A stretch of DNA of 64,000 nucleotides from the NCBI GenBank assembly GCA_965227775.1, contig OZ245777.1, positions 128,001 through 192,000 of the forward strand, written 5' to 3'. The notes under the pieces were generated by a model. That model was not told the origin of the DNA. It searched no databases and worked only from the letters and a program-made list of their open reading frames with translations. Position numbers and translations under genes: made by a program. The first letter of the stretch is position 1. The number at the start of each line of letters is the position of its first letter. Positions 40,407 through 47,573 of this stretch are shown here, piece after piece. This DNA is from Phycisphaerales bacterium. GTDB lineage: Bacteria > Planctomycetota > Phycisphaerae > Phycisphaerales > UBA1924.

Positions 40407-40667
40407 GGCTCGACCAAGGGTGGTGCTCTATGGCGCTCGCGGACTCGCTTCTCGGCCTTCGGCCGGGCCGCGGGGCCGGCCTCGACGGGGACATGCGCGG
40501 AAGACCGCGGATGCCCCGTCGCACGCGCACCGTGTCCGACGCCGCAGCATCCGCCGAGCCGGTCTTCCGGCGAAGAGCGCATGCGGAGGCGCGGCGGCCC
40601 CCGGCCGCCCGGGCGCAGCCCGCAAGCGAGTCCGCGAGCGCCACAGAACACAACTCTTGAGCAAGCC
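40407..40667. repeat. ~260-nt imperfect palindrome (rod-like hairpin)
   Basis: Perfect 20-bp inverted repeat 40431-40450/40624-40643 within ~60-nt arms, plus nested complementary blocks through to the centre. Confidence 0.85.
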
Positions 40668-40759
40668 CCGGCGCAGCGACCCTGTCCTCAGGGGCGCTCC
40701 GCCGGGGCGTCGAACATCGGCGCTCCGCCGACTCGAAACACAAACATATCGCAGCCGAC

Positions 40760-41479
40760 TTACGCCGCCTGCTGATCCCCCGACCCATCCAAGCCCTCCG
40801 GGCTCCCACCGCCGGTCGGCTCGCCCTGGACCTGCTGGCCGCTGACCTGATTGGCCGCGCCGAACTGCACGGCGTACTGGCCGGGGTTGCCGGTGCGCGT
40901 GGCGGTCTGGGCGGTCACGCGGTAGGCGACCTGGCTGGTCCCCAGCGGGATGCTCGCGTCGGTGAACCGGCGCTCCAGGGCGCTCATCAGGAACTCGAAG
41001 GCGCCCTGGGCTCCCAGGCGACGCTCGACGATGTAGTTGGCGACCGTGACGCGCGGCGGGTTGGGGCAGTCGAAGCTGACTTCGATGGCCCCGTTCTGCA
41101 GGAGCGAGACCTCAAAACCCTCGGGCGTGCCGGGGGCGGGGGTCGGCGAGCGGTCGGCGGGGGCCGGGATGCCGGCGTCCTCGTAGACCGTTGCCGGCTC
41201 GGCGCTGCCGCGTGCGAAGGTGCGGATGCGCTGGACCTGGAGCGAGGCGAACTCGCGCATCGCGTCGGCCGCGCTGTTGAACGAATTTGTCGCGCCGCGC
41301 GCCGCATCGCGGCTGTTGTTGCGCGTCTGCTGGCGGGTCTGGGCCGTCTGCGCCAGGCCGGCCAGCTCGGTGACGGACGCCGCGTCGAGGCCGATGCTAT
41401 CGGGGTCGGCGGTCCACTGGGCGATGTGATCGACGACCCAGGTGAGTGCTTCGTCGTTGCTTTGTGGGATGGTGCTCAT
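40760..41479 (-). CDS. Hypothetical protein: N-terminal helical bundle plus C-terminal FnIII-like beta domain
   Basis: MSTIP..N.EAL.W...HI.QW...P.SIGL helical part; Pro-rich linker; GAIEVSF, YIVERR, FTD, YRVTAQ FnIII-like strands. Confidence 0.8.
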   Translation of the reverse strand: MSTIPQSNDEALTWVVDHIAQWTADPDSIGLDAASVTELAGLAQTAQTRQQTRNNSRDAARGATNSFNSAADAMREFASLQVQRIRTFARGSAEPATVYEDAGIPAPADRSPTPAPGTPEGFEVSLLQNGAIEVSFDCPNPPRVTVANYIVERRLGAQGAFEFLMSALERRFTDASIPLGTSQVAYRVTAQTATRTGNPGQYAVQFGAANQVSGQQVQGEPTGGGSPEGLDGSGDQQAA

Positions 41480-41786
41480 GATTGGCCTGCCTTTGCGCTG
41501 ATGGTGCGCTCCGAGTTGAGATCGACATTGGCGTGCCAGACGAGCCGGGCCGCCGACGGCTGCGAACGAAGGTCGTGCATCGGGTGCACTCCTGCGTTGT
41601 GGCCGGTCGCGAGCGAGAACATCGTGCGGGCGGTCGGCCTGGATGGACTCGACCGGAGCCAACGGCGGCCCGGTCCGATCATGCATCGGGGTGATTCGGG
41701 GGCCGCTTCATTGGAAGTTGGATGGCCTGCGCCGATTTTCGGCCGGAAGCACGCCGAACCGCCCTCAGGGCCTCTCAGAGAGGTTG

Positions 41787-41975
41787 GAAGGTCCGATACG
41801 TCCGCAGCGGATTCGTTCTGTTCATGAGCGCGGCCGTTCTGCAGCGGAGTGGGGCGATGTTGTTGTGGAGCGAGTCAGCCGCCCCAAGAAGGAAAGTGGT
41901 TGCGCTACGGAACCGTGCGGTTTGGCTTCCGAGCACAGCCATGCTGGTGCGGAGCGCGCCGTTTTGGGCCTCTAG
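41787..41975 (-). repeat. Degenerate 21-nt periodic array (9 units)
   Basis: Recurring GAG/CAG/AAG/TAG core every 21 nt on plus; minus ORF 41775..42185 has L/F at every 7th codon. Confidence 0.7.
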
Positions 41976-41995
41976 GGCCGCAGCGGCGGTGCCGT

Positions 41996-42015
41996 GGCTT
42001 GGCTTGGCTTGGCTT
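41996..42015. repeat. (GGCTT)4 simple sequence repeat
   Basis: ggctt ggctt ggctt ggctt read directly. Confidence 0.9.
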
Positions 42016-42112
42016 GAACCAACACCATTCACGAACTCGCTGCTGAGGACATAACCAAAGGGGCACCTTCGTTCCTGGACGGATACTTGGACTGCTGCCA
42101 TAAACTCCGCTC

Positions 42113-43516
42113 GTGAGCACTGCGAAACATGAGCCCTGGTGTCCTCCAGCGCCACCCAATCATCCGCCTGATCGCCCGTGGCCACCGATCATTCCTTCGC
42201 TTGACGACGTCAATCCACCAAGGAATGGAAAAGGCAACGAGCCCTATCGTGGCAATCTGGCCCGTAATGCGTTCGGTGAAGCGTTTTTTGAGTCCTTGCG
42301 TGATTCGCAGCCAAGCTACAAAGGTAACTGGTGGTTGTTAGCCACCCTGCTGCGTTTCGAGGAAGCGACACGAGGCGATCTCCGGCCGGATCGTTTCACG
42401 TGGTGGACGGGGTGCATTTCACGACTGCGAGGCCTGCATGCATATTTGTCCTTGCAGCATGCACAACTGAACGAGCTCGACCTACGAAGTGTTAGTCTTC
42501 GCGGCATGCATCTTTCGAATGTGCACTTGTCGTGCGTTCAACTTGACCACGCAGATCTGAGCGACAGCAAGTTGACGAACGCCAAATTATTTGACTGTCG
42601 CGGACGTTACACAGCGTTTCGCGGCGCCGACTTGCATCAAGCCACTCTCACCCAGTGCCACTTCATTGAAGCTAGCTTTGCTCACACCCTTTGTCGTGAG
42701 ACTCAGTTCCACTCATGCAGGTTTCACAATTGCAGTTTTCGTTGGGCCAAACTAAACAAATCTGTGCTGAATGACACTTCCCTGCGGGGATCGAGGATGC
42801 ACCTGGCCAGTATCTCGCAACTAGCTATCTCAGAGGCAGATCTATCCAACGTTAAAGGACTATTTGGACCCGAACGTGCCTTCGCGTCGCTGGACATCAA
42901 TCACCGCGTGCAGGACTATCACGTTGAGTCTGCCCGCTTCCACCGGCCATGGAAGGTTCGCAAGGGCTTGATCGGCCTCGCCGACCGAGCCATCGACGTT
43001 CTTGAATTACACGCCGCAAGTTGGGAACGCCTGCGCACCATTGGCCAACTCCGCCTCTTTGGCGTGTCATACCTCGCCGTCATCGCCATCGCTAGCTACA
43101 CACTGCTCGCCAAGTGGCACAACACCCGTGTGGTCGCCAGTGCGCATGCGGCGGCCGAACGGGCCGAGGCGCTTGGCGAGAGTGATCTTTGGGCTACGTT
43201 CCTTAGCGCTCTGCCTGAACTTCCCACGCCCGCGCACCTGGGCTTCCAACTCCTGGCCACGGCCTCGCTGGCCGTCGCCGCCACCATTTATGCGCTGCGA
43301 TGCCCCAACGAGGTCCGCGAAGCCACTGAGGTGGGCTGGACCCGCCGCATGGACCAGCCGCTGTGGGAGTATCGCTCCGCCAAGTGGAGCCGGGCTTTGG
43401 CCCGCTACTTGTGCCTTGTCTTCTTCCTGGTTGGAGGCCTCTACACGCTCGGGTATCTGCTCGCTCGAGCCAGTTCGGCGATCGCTTACTTGCTCCGGGG
43501 GCTCTCTGTAAGCTAA
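42113..43516 (+). CDS. Pentapeptide-repeat protein with C-terminal TM helices
   Basis: A(D/N)L-type repeats (AQLNE, ADLSD, AKLFD, ADLHQ, ASFAH, ADLSN); three hydrophobic C-terminal segments; TAAACT box 6 nt before GTG. Confidence 0.8.
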   Translation: MSTAKHEPWCPPAPPNHPPDRPWPPIIPSLDDVNPPRNGKGNEPYRGNLARNAFGEAFFESLRDSQPSYKGNWWLLATLLRFEEATRGDLRPDRFTWWTGCISRLRGLHAYLSLQHAQLNELDLRSVSLRGMHLSNVHLSCVQLDHADLSDSKLTNAKLFDCRGRYTAFRGADLHQATLTQCHFIEASFAHTLCRETQFHSCRFHNCSFRWAKLNKSVLNDTSLRGSRMHLASISQLAISEADLSNVKGLFGPERAFASLDINHRVQDYHVESARFHRPWKVRKGLIGLADRAIDVLELHAASWERLRTIGQLRLFGVSYLAVIAIASYTLLAKWHNTRVVASAHAAAERAEALGESDLWATFLSALPELPTPAHLGFQLLATASLAVAATIYALRCPNEVREATEVGWTRRMDQPLWEYRSAKWSRALARYLCLVFFLVGGLYTLGYLLARASSAIAYLLRGLSVS

Positions 43517-43582
43517 GCCCTTACTGCAGCCGGCGTTCAGGGCCCTTCTGACAGAGGCCCTTCTTCCCGGCGCAGCCGAGTC

Positions 43583-44293
43583 TTAGAACCCCCGCCGCCC
43601 CTCGATCGCGTCCTCGAGCACCGCCTTGCTCGCCCAGTCGATCTGGCCGCCCGAGGGCAGGCCGCGCGCCAGGCGGCTGACGCGGACGCCGCGCTTTTCC
43701 AGCTCTTCGGCCAGGAACAGGCCCGTCGCGTCGCCCTCGAGCGTCGGGTTCAGGCCCAGCACGACCTCGGCGATGCGCACGCCGCCGGCGTTGCGCGCGG
43801 GGTCGTCGACGCGGGCGAGCAGGTCGGCGATGTTCAGGTCGCCCGGGCCGACGCCCTCGAGCGGGCTGAGCCTGCCCATGAGCACGTGGTAGACGCCCGC
43901 GAAGGCGCCGCTGGCCTCGATGGCGAACAGGTCGCGCGGCTGCTCGACAACGAGCACGAGCGAGGCGTCGCGTGCGGCGCTCCCGTCCGGCCCCGGCATC
44001 GCCGCCCGGCACACGCGGCACGGCGGCTCGTCGGCGAGATTCCCGCAGATCGGGCAGGGCTGCGACCTCGTCCGCATCTCGGTGATGGCCTGGGCGAGGC
44101 TCTTGGCCGCGTCGGGCGGGCCCTTGAGCAGATAAAAGGCCAGCCGCTCGGCGGTGCGCCGGCCGATGCCCGGCAGGGCGGCCAGCTCGTCGATGGCCCG
44201 CTGCACGCTCTGGGGGTAGGGCGTGGGGGCGGGCCGCTTCGGACCGGTGGGCCTGCGGGTTGGTCCTGCGTCCTTGGGCGCATCCTGTGGCAT
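43583..44293 (-). CDS. recR: Recombination mediator RecR
   Basis: LPGIGRRTAERLA HhH, CPICGN...CRVC Zn finger, YHVLMGRLSPLEG, NPTLEGDAT, RLARGLP. Confidence 0.96.
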   Translation of the reverse strand: MPQDAPKDAGPTRRPTGPKRPAPTPYPQSVQRAIDELAALPGIGRRTAERLAFYLLKGPPDAAKSLAQAITEMRTRSQPCPICGNLADEPPCRVCRAAMPGPDGSAARDASLVLVVEQPRDLFAIEASGAFAGVYHVLMGRLSPLEGVGPGDLNIADLLARVDDPARNAGGVRIAEVVLGLNPTLEGDATGLFLAEELEKRGVRVSRLARGLPSGGQIDWASKAVLEDAIEGRRGF

Positions 44294-44320
44294 CTCCCAA
44301 TCGTATTCCTACCCTTGGCC

Positions 44321-45103
44321 ATGACCGAGAAGCCCGATCAACAGGCCGACGCCGCCGCGACAGCAGACACCGAGCCCACGGCCGCGCCGGCCGCCGCCGA
44401 GAAGCCGTCCAAGCGCGGCAAGATCGTGTCCATCGTGGTCCTGCTCGTGCTGCTGGCCGGCATCATCTGGTACGTCGACGACGGGCACGAGCTGCTGTGG
44501 CCCAAGCGCTGGGGCGTCGTGAAGGAGGGCGCGATCTACCGCAGCGGCGAGCCCCTGCCGATCGCCACGGCCAGGCCCGTCAAGGCCCACGGCATCCGCA
44601 CCATCGTCGACCTGGGCGCCCACACGCCGGGCACCGACGAGGAGATCGCCGCCCAGCAGAAGGCTGAAGAGCTGGGCATCACCCGCTACCGCTTCGGCCT
44701 CATCGGCGACGCAACGGGCGACCCCAACGACTACGTCGCCGCGCTGAACCTCATTAACGACCCGGCCAACCAGCCGGTGTGGGTGCACTGCGCCGCGGGC
44801 AGCGAGCGCACGGGCATGCTCATCGCCCTGCAGCGCGTCATCGTCGACGGCTGGGACGTCGACCGCGCGTACGAAGAGACGCACGCGTACGACCACGACG
44901 ACAACCCGCACCTGCGCGAGATGCTCGACCGCTGGCTGCCCGACATCGAGCGTGCCTACCGCTCGGGCGGGGTGATCGCCTACGACCAGGCCACCGACGG
45001 ACTCGGCGCGGCCGGGCGCGGCGAGACGAACGGTGGGCGGACCGGGCCGTTCGAGCAGATAGAAAGCGCCTCGGAAGTGCAGGAACTGCCGGAGGGCGGC
45101 TGA
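44321..45103 (+). CDS. Membrane-anchored cysteine-based tyrosine/dual-specificity phosphatase
   Basis: N-terminal TM; IYRSG, IVDL, VWVHCAAGSERTG (HCX5R). Confidence 0.85.
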   Translation: MTEKPDQQADAAATADTEPTAAPAAAEKPSKRGKIVSIVVLLVLLAGIIWYVDDGHELLWPKRWGVVKEGAIYRSGEPLPIATARPVKAHGIRTIVDLGAHTPGTDEEIAAQQKAEELGITRYRFGLIGDATGDPNDYVAALNLINDPANQPVWVHCAAGSERTGMLIALQRVIVDGWDVDRAYEETHAYDHDDNPHLREMLDRWLPDIERAYRSGGVIAYDQATDGLGAAGRGETNGGRTGPFEQIESASEVQELPEGG

Positions 45104-45104
45104 C

Positions 45105-45983
45105 ATGAACCCCATCCGCGTCGCCTGCGTCCAGTACCTCAACACGGCGCCATTGGTCGAGGGGCTCGAGAAGCTCGAGGGTCTGACGCTCATCCCCGCC
45201 GTGCCATCCGACATCGCCCCGATGGTGCGCGCGGGTGAGGCGGACGTTGGCTTGGCTTCGGTCGTCGACGCGGTGAGCGACCCCGAGCTGGCGATCCTGC
45301 CTGCGGGCATGATCGGCTGCGATGGCAAGACGCTCACCGTGCGGCTGTTCTCGACCGGCCCGCTCGAACAGGTCACCACGGTCGCCGCCGATGCGGACAG
45401 CCACACGTCGGTCGCGCTGGCGCGTGTGCTGATGGCCGAGCGCTTCGGCGTGACGCCCGAGATCGTCCCCTTCGACGCGAAGGAACGCGTACCGCTCGAG
45501 GGCAAGACCATCGAACAGGATGACGACGGTTGGCCCCAATGCCTGCTGCTCATCGGCGACAAGGTCGTGACGCACAGCCCGCCCGCCGTGCGCTACCCGC
45601 ACCAGCTCGACCTGGGCGAGGCGTGGCGCGAGCTGACCGGGCTGCCCTTCGTGTACGCGGCGTGGCAATGCCGCACCGACGCGTTGCAGGACGACGCGGG
45701 CCGGAGGCGGATGGCCCTGGCCAGCGCCATGCTCGATCGCCAGCGGCGGCACAACCAGACGCGGCTCGACTGGCTCATCCAGAAGTGGGCCCCCCAGGCG
45801 CGGTGGCCGATCGACCTCGCCCAGCGGTACATCGGCGAGTTGCTGCGGTACGACCTGGGTGAGCGCGAGCGTGGGGCCGTGCTGAGATTCTTCGAGCTCT
45901 GCAGCAAGCACGGCATCATGGAGCGCACGACCCCGACGTTCGCAGAGCTGCCGCGCGCCGAAGCCGTCCCTGGGAACGCCTAG
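45105..45983 (+). CDS. mqnA: Chorismate dehydratase (futalosine menaquinone pathway)
   Basis: VQYLNTAPL, SHTSVAL, LLIGD, DLGEAWRELTGLPFVYAAW. Confidence 0.9.
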   Translation: MNPIRVACVQYLNTAPLVEGLEKLEGLTLIPAVPSDIAPMVRAGEADVGLASVVDAVSDPELAILPAGMIGCDGKTLTVRLFSTGPLEQVTTVAADADSHTSVALARVLMAERFGVTPEIVPFDAKERVPLEGKTIEQDDDGWPQCLLLIGDKVVTHSPPAVRYPHQLDLGEAWRELTGLPFVYAAWQCRTDALQDDAGRRRMALASAMLDRQRRHNQTRLDWLIQKWAPQARWPIDLAQRYIGELLRYDLGERERGAVLRFFELCSKHGIMERTTPTFAELPRAEAVPGNA

Positions 45984-45986
45984 CCC

Positions 45987-47573
45987 ATGGGCACGCGGAG
46001 CCCGACCAGCCAACCGGCGGTCGACGCGCTCGCCGAGCTCCGCCGCGCACCGCGGCACGTCATGCTCCGGGCCATCGAACGATTGGAGTCGGCGGCCAAC
46101 TCGCTGGACACCAGCTCGAGCGTTCCCGCCGGCTGGTTCCTCAGTACGGCCTCGGGCTACGCCATGAAGGTCGCCGGCCGCGTCCCGGGCGAAGTCGCGC
46201 TGACCGATGCGTGCGCGATGATCGAGGGCCTCTGCGTCGCCGCGGACCTGCGGGAGGCCGACCTGCCCGAAGGCTCCCGGGACATCCGCGAGCTGTCTGA
46301 GAAATGGAGCGTCGCTCAGCGCACGATCAACCGCTACCGCGCCAGGGGACTACCGTCCCGAAGCGTTCGGTCGGGCAAGACGCGCAAGCTCGTATTCACG
46401 TCCGACGCCGTCGCAGCATTCGAAGCTCGTCGGCCCGAGACCATCGAGCGTGCGCGTGCCTTCAACCGCATGGACAGCGAAGACCGCGCGCGTGCGCTCG
46501 CTCGCGTCGCCGAGCTGCAAGAGCAAGGACAATCGCCGAACGCTGCCGCCCGCGCCGCTGCCGAAGAAATGGGACGCAGCCACGAGACGATCCGGCAGCT
46601 GCTCGCGCAGGGGTCGGGCGGCACAACGGGCTGGACCGCGCGGGAGCGCCGCGTCGCCCTACGCGCGCACGACCGGTTCATCGAGCCGGCGGACGCAGCC
46701 AAACGGCTGGGGCGCGACACGAGCGCGACGCGACGGACCATCGACGCCGCCCGACTAGAGCGCCTGCGCAACCTTGAGCTGCACGGCACCGGCCCTGACG
46801 AACCCAGCTTGCCCCACGCCCCGCTTGGCGCGCCCGGGCCGACGCAACTGGCGGACCTCGTGTCTGAGATGCGCGAGGCGAGCGTGCCGGACCGCGCCGC
46901 CGAAGGGCAGATCACGGCATACGCCTGCTTCCTCACCGCTCGCGCCGCGTCGACAGTCTCGCGCGAACGAGCGGCGAGGCTGCGGGCCGAGCCGATCGAT
47001 CGGGCCGAGACCGATCTGCTGTGGGCCGCCCGACTGCGCGTCGAGGCGCTCCGACCTCTGCTCGGGATCGTTCTGCGCGGTGTGGAGGCCAGGCTGAGCG
47101 CACCGATCGAATCGCTCTCCGTGCGCGCCGCAACCACGCGGCTGCAGCTCGCGCTCGCCGCCGCCGCAGAGGCCGCCCACCGCTACGACCCGGCGCATGG
47201 CGGCAGGCTCAGCGCCGCCGTGACGGTCGCGGTCGATCGGGCGGCCGGCGATGTGCACAGACCAGAGTCTCGCCCCAGCGGTGCACGACGGAGCTTCTCC
47301 CAGGCCACGATCGAAGACTGGACCCGCCGCGTCAGCCCCTGGCAGGGCTTTCTCGAAGCGCCCCGGCTGCTGAGAGCAGGCTTGCACGAGATCGATACCG
47401 ACCGGCGGTCGCTTCTCGAGGCACGCTTCGGGCTCGGCGAGCGGCCGCGCACGCTGGCCGAGCTGGCCGAGCGATTCGAAGTTCCGCGGCCATGGATCGC
47501 GCGGCGGGTGAGAGAAGCCGCCCGCGACGCGATCGCCGCCGGCCGCGGCGCTGCCGATAGGATCGTCCGATGA
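45987..47573 (+). CDS. Divergent sigma70-like protein with N-terminal HTH modules
   Basis: ELSEKWSVAQRTINRYRARGL (MerR-like HTH), EEMGRSHETIR, YDPAHGGRLS (region 2.3-like), RFGL...TLAELAERFEV (region 4-like). Confidence 0.7.
   Translation: MGTRSPTSQPAVDALAELRRAPRHVMLRAIERLESAANSLDTSSSVPAGWFLSTASGYAMKVAGRVPGEVALTDACAMIEGLCVAADLREADLPEGSRDIRELSEKWSVAQRTINRYRARGLPSRSVRSGKTRKLVFTSDAVAAFEARRPETIERARAFNRMDSEDRARALARVAELQEQGQSPNAAARAAAEEMGRSHETIRQLLAQGSGGTTGWTARERRVALRAHDRFIEPADAAKRLGRDTSATRRTIDAARLERLRNLELHGTGPDEPSLPHAPLGAPGPTQLADLVSEMREASVPDRAAEGQITAYACFLTARAASTVSRERAARLRAEPIDRAETDLLWAARLRVEALRPLLGIVLRGVEARLSAPIESLSVRAATTRLQLALAAAAEAAHRYDPAHGGRLSAAVTVAVDRAAGDVHRPESRPSGARRSFSQATIEDWTRRVSPWQGFLEAPRLLRAGLHEIDTDRRSLLEARFGLGERPRTLAELAERFEVPRPWIARRVREAARDAIAAGRGAADRIVR

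Noticed and set aside
33925..40760. SRP RNA near ffh, including the 40.4-kb rod
   Set aside because: No helix-8 signature (CAGG-x-GGAA-x-AGCA) seen.
41787..41975. 21-nt array as a CRISPR
   Set aside because: No conserved 23-50-nt repeat and no cas genes.
40667..43576. 11-bp direct repeat CCCGGCGCAGC (40667-40677, 43566-43576) as island boundaries
   Set aside because: Short, almost all G/C and plausible by chance; no integrase or tRNA. Only a comparative empty-site check could rescue it.
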